Virus record (IMG/VR): IMGVR_UViG_3300017700_000621
Coordinates: 1 to 39,560 of that record
Strand: one strand, 5' to 3'
DNA from: a virus
Taxonomy: Duplodnaviria > Caudoviricetes
DNA: 39,560 bases
Shown here: piece by piece, positions 26,563-34,518 of the stretch
Numbering within the stretch: the stretch's first letter is position 1
How the letters are laid out: every line of letters begins with the position of its first letter
Notes under the pieces: generated by a model
Database searches by the model: none
The model's input: the letters and a program-made list of their open reading frames with translations, nothing else
Told to the model about the DNA's origin: nothing
Made by a program: the position numbers and the translations under genes

Positions 26563-27333
26563 ATGAAATCCGCATCACCCGAACTTCCCCTTGCCACCAC
26601 ACCCGCGCCCGGCGCTGTCGCCCTCGTCGGCGACGACCCGAGCGTGGGCCAGCTGCTGAAGCACCTGATTGAGAAGGGCGACCCCGAGAAGAACATCGGC
26701 GTCCTTGAACGCCTGATCGCGCTGAAGGAGCGCAGCGACGCCAAGCAGGCCGAACGCGAGTTCGCCCAAGCCTTCGCCACGCTGCAAAAAGAGATAGGCA
26801 GCGTCGAAGCCCGCAAGGCCGTCCCGAACCGCGACAACTCCATCCGCTACATCTACGCGCCCTTCGAGGACATCATGCGCCACGTGCAGCCCTTCCTCGA
26901 GGCGCACGGCTTCAGCGTCTCGTTCTCTTCCGAGATCAAGGAAGACCGCGTGATCCTTCTCTGCGCGCTGCGCCACATCGGCGGGCACTCGCAGACGAAT
27001 CAGTTCATGGCGCGCATCGGCAGCGGCCCGCCGAACGCCAGCGGCGCGCAGGCTGACGGCGCTGCCGCCACCTACGCCAAGCGCCGCGCCTTCTGCGACG
27101 CGCTGAACATCGTCGCCGAAGTGGACACGGACGGCGCTGACCAGGACGCCCGCAGCCTCGGCGCGCCGATCTCGCACGATCAGGCGCAGACCCTGCGCGA
27201 ACTTGTGAAGGAAACCCGCAGCAACGAATCCGCGTTCCTGAAGTATGCCGGCGCGGCCACCTACGAAGAGATCGGGCAGAAGCGTTACGCCGAACTCTTC
27301 CGCACCCTGCAAAATAAACTCCGTCCCGTCTAA
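26563..27333 (+). CDS. ERF-family single-strand annealing protein
   Basis: 'YAPFEDI..VQPFL..HGFSV' and 'GAAATYAKRRA..ALNI..DTDG' ERF motifs; adjacent to an exonuclease. Confidence 0.88.
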   Translation: MKSASPELPLATTPAPGAVALVGDDPSVGQLLKHLIEKGDPEKNIGVLERLIALKERSDAKQAEREFAQAFATLQKEIGSVEARKAVPNRDNSIRYIYAPFEDIMRHVQPFLEAHGFSVSFSSEIKEDRVILLCALRHIGGHSQTNQFMARIGSGPPNASGAQADGAAATYAKRRAFCDALNIVAEVDTDGADQDARSLGAPISHDQAQTLRELVKETRSNESAFLKYAGAATYEEIGQKRYAELFRTLQNKLRPV

Positions 27334-27345
27334 CCCCCGCCCGCC

Positions 27346-27996
27346 ATGAAGATCATCGAATGTTTGCAGGGTTCAACCGAATGGGCGCTGGCCCGGGCCG
27401 GTGTCGTCACCGCTTCCGAGATCGACGCCCTCGTGTCGCCCACCCTAGAAGTCCGCAAGGGCGCGGGCGTGAAGACCTACCTCTACAAGAAAGCCGCCGA
27501 GCGCCTTATGGGTTACGCCGAAGAGACGAGCGGCACGTTCGCCATGCAGAACGGTAGCATCTTGGAAAAGGTGGCGCTGCCGTGGTATGAGTTCGCGAAC
27601 AGCGTGACGATCAAGCGCGTCGGCTTCATCACCACCGAAGACGGCAAGGTGGGTTGCTCCCCGGACGGGCTAATCGACGGGCGCTCGTGCGGCATCGAAA
27701 TCAAATGCCCGCAGGCGGCGACGCATCTGCGCTACTTGCTCGGGGGGGGCGTGCCGCCCGAGTATGTCACGCAGGTTCAGTTCGCGATGTTCGTCACCGG
27801 CTACCCCGAGTGGATTTTTTGCAGCTACCATCCGCACCTGCCGCCGTTCGTCGTCCACACGCTCCGCAGTCTCGAAGCGATGAAGGCGTTCGACGCCGCG
27901 CTGAAGCCGTTCCTGTCGGACTTGGACGACGCCGAGAAGCGCGTGCGCCTGATGCTGGAAGCGAAGACCCGCCAGGAACAGGGCCGCGCTGGCTGA
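27346..27996 (+). CDS. YqaJ/lambda-exonuclease-like recombination nuclease
   Basis: 'QGSTEWALARAGVVTASE', 'GCSPDGLI..IEIKCP' and 'YVTQVQFAM'. Confidence 0.92.
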   Translation: MKIIECLQGSTEWALARAGVVTASEIDALVSPTLEVRKGAGVKTYLYKKAAERLMGYAEETSGTFAMQNGSILEKVALPWYEFANSVTIKRVGFITTEDGKVGCSPDGLIDGRSCGIEIKCPQAATHLRYLLGGGVPPEYVTQVQFAMFVTGYPEWIFCSYHPHLPPFVVHTLRSLEAMKAFDAALKPFLSDLDDAEKRVRLMLEAKTRQEQGRAG

Positions 27997-28025
27997 CCAC
28001 TCTGAACGGCACACCGCCGCGATGA

Positions 28026-28067
28026 CGCGGGCGGGACGGGCTTACAAATCACCCTGTCCCGCCTGCG
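28026..28067 (+). other. Intergenic 15-bp stem-loop
   Basis: CGCGGGCGGGACGGG pairs with CCTGTCCCGCCTGCG (two G-U pairs) around a 12-nt loop; no U-tract. Confidence 0.6.
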
Positions 28068-28100
28068 AATCTATAACAACAAACACCCACAGATAAAAAC

Positions 28101-28463
28101 ATGGCTAAAGCGAAACAGACAAAGACGGACGATCTGCCCGGCATGAGCGGCAAGGGCGTCGTCGGCGTGGTCATTCCCGCGCTGACGAAGGCGATCAACT
28201 CCTACGAGCGGAAGAAGGAAGCGCGCTGCAACGTCTCGCCCGCCGAGGTTGCGGCGAAGCGGGACGTCCTGGCGATGCTGCACAAGCACCGCGACGAACT
28301 GCCGGTCAATGCCGAGGGGCAGCGGTTCTATCGCCACGATGGCGTCGATTACATCCTCGACGAAGTGATGAAGCGCCGCGCCGCCGACGAGGCGGATGAC
28401 GGCAAAGGTGGCGGCGATGTCGTCAACTTCGGCAAGGAAGGCGACAAGCCGAAGGACGAGTAA
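28101..28463 (+). CDS. Hypothetical protein, 120 aa
   Basis: ORF with an A-rich leader and an acidic tail. Confidence 0.75.
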   Translation: MAKAKQTKTDDLPGMSGKGVVGVVIPALTKAINSYERKKEARCNVSPAEVAAKRDVLAMLHKHRDELPVNAEGQRFYRHDGVDYILDEVMKRRAADEADDGKGGGDVVNFGKEGDKPKDE

Positions 28464-28581
28464 CGTCACCTACTCGCACCCGAAACCCGCCCGCCGTGGG
28501 GCGTCATCCACGGCAACCCTTTCCAGCACACACCTTCGACCCCGATGATCGCCATGCCTGAATCATTCACGTTCGCCCACC

Positions 28582-28627
28582 TTTCCACGTGGAAACATGG
28601 GTTGACGACCCCTGTTTATGTGGAACA
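28582..28627. promoter_or_regulatory. parS-like palindromes flanking a TTGACG hexamer
   Basis: Perfect palindrome TTTCCACGTGGAAA (28582-28595), TTGACG (28602-28607) and TGTTTATGTGGAACA (28613-28627). Confidence 0.4.
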
Positions 28628-29010
28628 CTCGCGGGATGCCACTCTGCTCGTCATGCGGAAAGAAGCCTGTCCGGGGCTCGGGGAAACGGGGGCAGCGGTA
28701 TTGCTCGGGCTGCCACAACGCCGGGATGCGCGAATGGCGCAAGACCCATCCCCTGAAGGGCGATGCTCGCAAGAAGATGAACTGCCGGGCCTACACGCAC
28801 GTCCTGGTAAAGCGCGGCAAGCTCGTGAAGGGGCCGTGCGAGGTGTGCGGCGTCCCGCAGGTGGAGGCACACCATGACGACTACTCTAAGCCCCGCGAAG
28901 TCCGGTGGCTCTGCCCCGAACACCACAAGTCTCTTCACCGGGACGCAGGGGACGTTCGCCCACAAGCTGTTCGACGCGCTGACGCGGGCGCGGGAGTCTG
29001 CGCCGAATAA
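28618..29010 (+). CDS. HNH-like zinc-finger nuclease
   Basis: CxxC pairs and 'PCEVCG..EAHHDDYSKPREVRWLCPEHHKSLH'. Confidence 0.75.
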   Translation: MWNTRGMPLCSSCGKKPVRGSGKRGQRYCSGCHNAGMREWRKTHPLKGDARKKMNCRAYTHVLVKRGKLVKGPCEVCGVPQVEAHHDDYSKPREVRWLCPEHHKSLHRDAGDVRPQAVRRADAGAGVCAE

Positions 29011-29548
29011 GGTGCTCACGAAAGACCGCTGGCTTGCCACGGTCAACGAACTCGCGGCCCTCGAAGGGATCGCCCGGCAGAAGAAGCCGAAGGGTGCCGT
29101 GCGGGCGCGGAACCCCCTCTACGACGCCCTCGCCCTCGCCACAGGCACCCGTGACCTGACCCAACTGACCCGCGCCGCTGCCAAGGCCATCGCCGTCGCG
29201 CTGGCGGACATCCTGGCCGTCACGCCCGACCTGACCGTGGACGAGATCAACCGCCGCGCCTCTGCCTACAAGCGCCGCTGGCCGGATGCTCGCAACCATT
29301 CCGCGCCTGCGCTTGCAAAGCATTGGGCGACCTTCGGGGGAACGCCTACGCGAACGGGTTTTGCGGTCATGGAAGAACCGAAGGAAGACTGGCGCGCTGC
29401 TGCCAAGCTCGCCGCCGAAGACACGGAAGACTTCGTGATCCGCAGGGCACGCATCGAAGCCATCGAACAGGGGCAAGCGTGGTATCAGTTCAGCGCAGAT
29501 TTCCGTAAGGCCATCTTCGACAAACTGACGGCAACAAAAACCACATGA
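28874..29548 (+). CDS. Putative replication initiator-like protein (alternative GTG start at 29012)
   Basis: Helical 'RNPLYDALA..T.DEI..RA..Y...WP...ALAKHW' domain; position in the replication module. Confidence 0.45.
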   Translation: MTTTLSPAKSGGSAPNTTSLFTGTQGTFAHKLFDALTRARESAPNKVLTKDRWLATVNELAALEGIARQKKPKGAVRARNPLYDALALATGTRDLTQLTRAAAKAIAVALADILAVTPDLTVDEINRRASAYKRRWPDARNHSAPALAKHWATFGGTPTRTGFAVMEEPKEDWRAAAKLAAEDTEDFVIRRARIEAIEQGQAWYQFSADFRKAIFDKLTATKTT

Positions 29549-29916
29549 CACCCCTACAAGAAAATGACCTGATGCGCGCCGTCATCCTCGTCGTCGCCTT
29601 CAAAGCTGAAGACTTCCACGCGGCTTGCGCCGCGCTGATCTACCGCGCACTCGCGGGCGGCGACTTCACCGCCGCCTGTCTGCCCGCCGAAATCACGAAG
29701 GGCGACATCCACGTGTCCGGGCTTGCCGTCAAGATGCTGCAAAAGTGCGGGCTGATCGTCTGCGTCGGCTACCTGCCGTCGCCTGACCCCGCCGCGAAGG
29801 GTCGCATCCTCCGGTCGTGGCGTCTCGCGCCCGCGAAAGAGTCCACCGCCCGCACGTGGCTTCAGCGCCACGGCTACCCCGCCACCATCTCCGAACAGCA
29901 ATCGCTCGCCATCTAA
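29545..29916 (+). CDS. Hypothetical protein, possibly winged helix, 123 aa
   Basis: ATGA overlap with the upstream gene; 'VKMLQKCGLIVCVG..GRILRSWRL'. Confidence 0.6.
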   Translation: MTPLQENDLMRAVILVVAFKAEDFHAACAALIYRALAGGDFTAACLPAEITKGDIHVSGLAVKMLQKCGLIVCVGYLPSPDPAAKGRILRSWRLAPAKESTARTWLQRHGYPATISEQQSLAI

Positions 29917-29925
29917 CACCCACCC

Positions 29926-31647
29926 ATGCACCTGAACATCGGCCTGACCACACGCGGGACTCACTTCCGCCTTCCCCTCGAACTCGCCACCCAATCGACC
30001 GCCATCCTGGCGAAGCGCGGGGTGGGCAAGACCTACACCGCCGCCGTCATCATGGAAGAACTGCTGGCAGTCGGGCAGGTGCCTGTCGTCATCGACCCCA
30101 CCGGCGCGCATTGGGGCATCAAGGCCAGCGCGGACGGCAAAGCCAAAGGCTACCCGGTCGTGGTCTTCGGCGGCGAGCACGCGGACCTCCCGCTTGAAGA
30201 GGGCAGCGGCGAAGCCATCGCCCGCGCCATCGTTGAACAGCGGTTCCCGGCGATCATCGACCTGTCCATGCTCCGCAAGGGTGCCGTGCGCCGGTTCATG
30301 GTGGCGTTCCTCGAGGCGCTGTATCGCCTGAACCGGCTTCCCCTGACGCTCGTGGTGGACGAGGCGGACGACATCTGCCCGCAGCGCCCGTTCGGCGACG
30401 AAGCGCAGATGGTCGGCGCGATGGAAGACGTCGTGAAGCGTGGCCGGAAGAAGGGACTCGGCGTCATCCTCATCACGCAGCGCCCGGCTGATCTCGCGAA
30501 GCAGGTGCTGACGCAATGCGAAGTTCTTGTGGCGATGCGCCTCGTGCACCCGCTGGACATCAAGGCCGTCATGGAGTGGGTGCACGTGCACGCCGACACC
30601 GCCCGGGCGAAGCAGATGGTCGAAAGCCTGCCGAGCCTGCCGGTCGGGACGGCGTGGTTTTGGAGTCCTGGCTTCGGCGACATCTTCGAACGGGTCACGG
30701 TTCGAAAGCGCAACACCTTCGACTCGTCGGCCACCCCGAAGCCGGGCGAGAAGGTCGTGACCCCGAAGCAGCTGGCGCAGGCCGACCTGACCAAACTCGG
30801 GGCGGATATCGCCGCGTCCCTCGAGCGGGCGAAGGAGAACGACCCTGCCGCCCTGAAGTTGAAACTCGCCGCCGCGCAAAAGGACATCGCCCGAATGACT
30901 GCGGAACTGGCAAAGCCGCCGATAGCTTCCGTCAGCGTCCACGAGATCGACCGGCCCGTGCTGTCGCCTTCCGATCACGCCAAGCTGAACAGCATCGCCG
31001 AACGGCTGCGCGATCTGTCCGCCGAGTTCGGCGTGCTCTTCGCGGACGTGAAGGGCCGGATCGCCGCGTGCGAGAAGACCCGCGCCCTGCCAGCGCCGAA
31101 GATGCCCATGGCCCGGCAGTCGCATATCGTGGTCATCCCGCCCCGCCTGCCGGCCACGCCGCCGCCTGCTGGCAACCTTGACGTCGGCACGGGTGGCAAG
31201 CGCCGCATCCTGATCGCCCTGGCGCAATACCGCGACGGCATGAACGCCCGCCGCCTTTCCCTGCTGACCGGCATCACGCAGTCGGGCGGCACGTGGCGCA
31301 CCTACATGGGCGAGCTACGCGGGGCCGGCTACGTCGAAGGCGGCAGCGACCACATGCGGATCACGGACGCCGGCGCGGCTGCCCTCGGCAGCTACACCCC
31401 GCTGCCCACTGGGGACGCGCTGCGCGACTACTGGCGTCAGCGCCTTGGCGACAGCGGCAAGCGCGCCATCTTCGACTTCGTGGTGGCAGCCTACCCGCAC
31501 GCCGTCACCTACGAGGCGGTGTCTGACGCGACCGGCATCGCCCTGGCGGGCGGGACGTGGCGGACCTACCTCGGGGAACTGCGTGGCCTCGAGTTGATCG
31601 AAGGCACCCGGGGCGAACTGAAGGCGTGCGCGGATCTCTTCGAATGA
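29926..31647 (+). CDS. HerA/FtsK-like P-loop ATPase with tandem C-terminal winged-helix repeats
   Basis: Walker A 'AKRGVGKTY', 'VIDPTG', Walker B 'LVVDEAD', 'RGRKKG' and 'ITQRPA'; duplicated 'GGTWRTY.GELRG'. Confidence 0.85.
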   Translation: MHLNIGLTTRGTHFRLPLELATQSTAILAKRGVGKTYTAAVIMEELLAVGQVPVVIDPTGAHWGIKASADGKAKGYPVVVFGGEHADLPLEEGSGEAIARAIVEQRFPAIIDLSMLRKGAVRRFMVAFLEALYRLNRLPLTLVVDEADDICPQRPFGDEAQMVGAMEDVVKRGRKKGLGVILITQRPADLAKQVLTQCEVLVAMRLVHPLDIKAVMEWVHVHADTARAKQMVESLPSLPVGTAWFWSPGFGDIFERVTVRKRNTFDSSATPKPGEKVVTPKQLAQADLTKLGADIAASLERAKENDPAALKLKLAAAQKDIARMTAELAKPPIASVSVHEIDRPVLSPSDHAKLNSIAERLRDLSAEFGVLFADVKGRIAACEKTRALPAPKMPMARQSHIVVIPPRLPATPPPAGNLDVGTGGKRRILIALAQYRDGMNARRLSLLTGITQSGGTWRTYMGELRGAGYVEGGSDHMRITDAGAAALGSYTPLPTGDALRDYWRQRLGDSGKRAIFDFVVAAYPHAVTYEAVSDATGIALAGGTWRTYLGELRGLELIEGTRGELKACADLFE

Positions 31648-31901
31648 ACACCGCGACTTCCGACTACCTCGAGGCGAATGGCGGGCGCGACGGCGACGAG
31701 CCCGGCATGGCCCACGGCTGCGTCATGGGCCGCAAGGACTGGCTGATGATCGTCTGCCGCCTTGTGCCCGGCCTGATGGGTTGCAAGGTCGGGCAGGTGG
31801 GCAACGTCCACGTAGCTTGCGACACGTCGATGGAGCCCACCGCCTCGCGCTGGTATTACCGCCGCGAAGCCTACGAAGAACACCTGCAACGCCTGCCATG
31901 A
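31644..31901 (+). CDS. Hypothetical protein, 85 aa
   Basis: MNTATSDY...; ATGA overlaps on both sides. Confidence 0.6.
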   Translation: MNTATSDYLEANGGRDGDEPGMAHGCVMGRKDWLMIVCRLVPGLMGCKVGQVGNVHVACDTSMEPTASRWYYRREAYEEHLQRLP

Positions 31902-32095
31902 GTAACAGCAACTACACCCACGCCCTGCACAAGCGCCGCCCGTTCTTCCGCCTCCCGGTCGCGAAGGACGCCGAGGACGGTATGACGCCCCTCGAGCGCA
32001 GCGATCAACCCACCGGCTTCCTTGACGATCAGCGCCGCACGTGGGTCGCTGTCCTCGTCGGCAAGAAGCTGAAGCGCAAACTCCGCACCACATGA
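31898..32095 (+). CDS. Hypothetical protein, 65 aa
   Basis: MSNSNYTH...; ATGA overlap. Confidence 0.6.
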   Translation: MSNSNYTHALHKRRPFFRLPVAKDAEDGMTPLERSDQPTGFLDDQRRTWVAVLVGKKLKRKLRTT

Positions 32096-32304
32096 AAGAC
32101 CTGACGAAGATCGAGATCACCCTGAACCACCGCCCCGATCTCGGCGGCGTGACCCAAATCCTTGCGACCATCACCGTCGCCGGGAAAAAGTGGCATTGGC
32201 CCGCGCTGCACGACTCCACGGGTCGCGATGCCGGCGAGTTCACGGACAACCCGACGAAGGCGCTGCCCGGCTTCGTTGACCGCCTGCTGAAGACCATCCT
32301 ATGA
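32092..32304 (+). CDS. Hypothetical protein, 70 aa
   Basis: MKDLTKIE...; ATGA overlap. Confidence 0.6.
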   Translation: MKDLTKIEITLNHRPDLGGVTQILATITVAGKKWHWPALHDSTGRDAGEFTDNPTKALPGFVDRLLKTIL

Positions 32305-32762
32305 AGAACTGGCCCCGCCTCTCTGAAACGCTCCCCCACCTGAACGACCCGCGCTTTTGCGGCAACTGCGGGACGGGCGAGAAGGTCACGATCTGGATCG
32401 AACACGACGAGAAGGATCAGCCCGAACTGAAGTTCGTGTCCCTCTGCATCGCGTGCGCGGACAAGATCATCGAACCGCACCCCCGCCTCTACGCCGGCAT
32501 GGGGCAGAACACGCCCTTCCCTGGCGTCATGGACATCTGCCTGCTGTGCAAACACCGCAGCGGCCTGCGCTGCACGTCGCCGCTCGCGAAGTTTAACGGC
32601 GGGGCGGGCATCAACATCGCCGCCAGCAAGCCGATCACCGCCTTCGTGGACGGCACGCGCACCGGGCCCGACGGCAGACGCCGGCGCACCGGCTGGATTG
32701 AACGCATCTACCCCACCGCCCCGACCAACTGCACAGGCCGTCAGTTTATCCCCCATGACTAA
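32301..32762 (+). CDS. Cys-rich zinc-binding protein, 153 aa
   Basis: CGNC, CIAC and CLLC motifs plus further Cys residues. Confidence 0.7.
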   Translation: MKNWPRLSETLPHLNDPRFCGNCGTGEKVTIWIEHDEKDQPELKFVSLCIACADKIIEPHPRLYAGMGQNTPFPGVMDICLLCKHRSGLRCTSPLAKFNGGAGINIAASKPITAFVDGTRTGPDGRRRRTGWIERIYPTAPTNCTGRQFIPHD

Positions 32763-33213
32763 GATCCTCGCCCTCGACTTGTCCACCGCCACCGGCTTCG
32801 CCCTGTCCGCGAACGGCGTCGTCACCCACGGAGTCAAGAAGTTCGCCGCCGCATCCCCGGCTTCCCACCCCGGCACGCGCTACCTGCAATTTCAGCGATG
32901 GCTGCGCGAACGCATCGCCGAGGACAAGCCCGCCCTGATCGTGGTCGAACGCGCCGGCTACTTCAAAAGCCTCGCCGCTCAATCCATCTGCGTCGGCCTG
33001 CGCGGCATCCTGCTGTCAACGACGGCCTACTACGACGTGCCCCTGCACGAGATCAGCCCGTCCGACCTGAAGAAGTGGGCCACGGGCAAGGGCAACGCGA
33101 ACAAGGTGGCAATGCGCGCCGCAGCCCTGGCGCGCTGGCCTGCCGAGCGGTTCGCCGATGACAACGCCTGCGACGCCTTCCTGCTGCTGCAACTCTACCT
33201 TTCGAAAGCGTGA
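32755..33213 (+). CDS. RuvC-like Holliday junction resolvase, 152 aa
   Basis: 'ILALDLSTATG', 'IVVE', 'PSDLKKWATGKGNANK' and 'DNACDA'. Confidence 0.9.
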   Translation: MTKILALDLSTATGFALSANGVVTHGVKKFAAASPASHPGTRYLQFQRWLRERIAEDKPALIVVERAGYFKSLAAQSICVGLRGILLSTTAYYDVPLHEISPSDLKKWATGKGNANKVAMRAAALARWPAERFADDNACDAFLLLQLYLSKA

Positions 33214-33452
33214 GCCTGCATCACAAGCTGATCTTCCTGTTTAGCGCCATCATGGCGGCGGTCTGGACGTTCCTGTTCTGGCGGCTGGCCTTCCCTCGCC
33301 GCGCCGGCCCGCCCCGGAAGTGGCATGGCGGTTGTAACCATCACTGGCACCGCCTCGAGAACTACGACGACGGACGGGCTAAGGCGCGCTGCCTGAAGTG
33401 CAGCAAGGTCGCCATCGTCCAGGTCAGTCGCCCGCCGTCTCGTCGTTCTTGA
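33210..33452 (+). CDS. Small membrane-anchored protein with a C/H zinc motif
   Basis: N-terminal TM segment and 'CNHHW..CLKC'; GTGA overlap. Confidence 0.55.
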   Translation: MSLHHKLIFLFSAIMAAVWTFLFWRLAFPRRAGPPRKWHGGCNHHWHRLENYDDGRAKARCLKCSKVAIVQVSRPPSRRS

Positions 33453-33732
33453 CCGGCAGCGGGGCGCGCACCTTGCGCCATTCCTGCACCATCTTCAGCG
33501 CCCAATACCCGGCATAGAACGAGCCGCCAGCGATAGCCAGCAGGGCCACGAGCAGGCCGGCGAAGACCGTCAGATGACGCGCCATGTCCGCCCACAGGGC
33601 GATTCCGGTCGCGCCGGACGCCACGCCTACCGCGTGCGCGGCTGGCGTAGGAACGGACTCTACGATGCGGGCAAAGCCTTTGGTCTGTTCGATTGCGGCC
33701 ATGCTGAAGGTGACAAGCTTTTCGGGGATCAT
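33424..33732 (-). CDS. Putative holin
   Basis: 102 aa with two hydrophobic segments and a charged C-terminus; last gene of the late arm. Confidence 0.55.
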   Translation of the reverse strand: MIPEKLVTFSMAAIEQTKGFARIVESVPTPAAHAVGVASGATGIALWADMARHLTVFAGLLVALLAIAGGSFYAGYWALKMVQEWRKVRAPLPVKNDETAGD

Positions 33733-34409
33733 GTTGCGGGGGCGGTTTCGAGTTCTCCGGGTGCGATCCGGGTTTTGAGGTTTCGAACGAGCTTTTTAGG
33801 CGCGTTGTCCATTTTTCTCGCAAGGAAGTCAGCCTTCAGCGTGGCCCCCGCTTCGACGTTCTCCTTTGCGAAAGATTCGATGCCTACCGCCGTCTGCCGC
33901 AAGGCGCGCCACAACAGGGGCACGACCCGGATGGCGAGATAGCCGAAGCCGGGCACGAAGATGCACGCGGCCACGATTGCGGCCAGGATCAGCAGCCCGG
34001 TCGGCCCGGCGACGTCGATGCCCGTGCCCTCGAGTTCGGCCCCGGCATACTTCCGCCCGAACTGCCGCCACTTGTCCAGCTGCGCGTCCTTGGCAGCCAA
34101 ACCCTGCCGCAAGCTCGTGATGATGGCTTCCTGATCGGCAGCGGTCACGGGCTTCACCGGCTCGCCAAGGCTGGCAGACAGGGCCGTGGCGACCGGGTAG
34201 ATGGCAGCCACCGCCTTCGCCGGATCGGCCACTGGCGGGGTGCTGACGGCCCGGATGAAGGCCGCGCCTGCCTTCTCCCCTTCCACCTGCGCCGGGGGCT
34301 TCACACTCATGTCGGCGGGAACCTTCTTTTGGAAGATACGCATTTCCGGCAGCAGGGCGCAGCCGGGCATCGCGAGCACGAACAAGAGGATGAAGCCGAC
34401 CCGTTTCAT
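33729..34409 (-). CDS. Lipoprotein with a C-proximal TM segment (unimolecular spanin-like), 226 aa
   Basis: Lipoprotein-like signal MKRVGFILLFVLAMPG-C, a coiled segment, and TM 'GLLILAAIVAACIFV'. Confidence 0.55.
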   Translation of the reverse strand: MKRVGFILLFVLAMPGCALLPEMRIFQKKVPADMSVKPPAQVEGEKAGAAFIRAVSTPPVADPAKAVAAIYPVATALSASLGEPVKPVTAADQEAIITSLRQGLAAKDAQLDKWRQFGRKYAGAELEGTGIDVAGPTGLLILAAIVAACIFVPGFGYLAIRVVPLLWRALRQTAVGIESFAKENVEAGATLKADFLARKMDNAPKKLVRNLKTRIAPGELETAPAT

Positions 34410-34507
34410 CGGCAGAAGACGACGATGGCGATGAAGAGGGCGATGGCGAAGTAAGTGGCGACGCAATGCGGCCACTTCGTGAAGGCGTCTTTCAGGTTTT
34501 GTTTCAT
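34406..34507 (-). CDS. 33-aa single-TM peptide in the lysis region
   Basis: MKQNLKDAFTKWPHCVATYFAIALFIAIVVFCR; ATGA overlap with the lipoprotein gene. Confidence 0.45.
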   Translation of the reverse strand: MKQNLKDAFTKWPHCVATYFAIALFIAIVVFCR

Positions 34508-34518
34508 GGGGAAGATCG

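Noticed and set aside
28874-29010. 137-nt dual-coding overlap of the HNH and replication-like genes
   Set aside because: An in-frame GTG at 29012, just after the HNH stop, removes the need for an overlap.
29554-31227. 557-aa minus-strand ORF (also 24458-25660, 31566-32876 and the + strand 36727-38427)
   Set aside because: Shadows of motif-bearing genes on the opposite strand.
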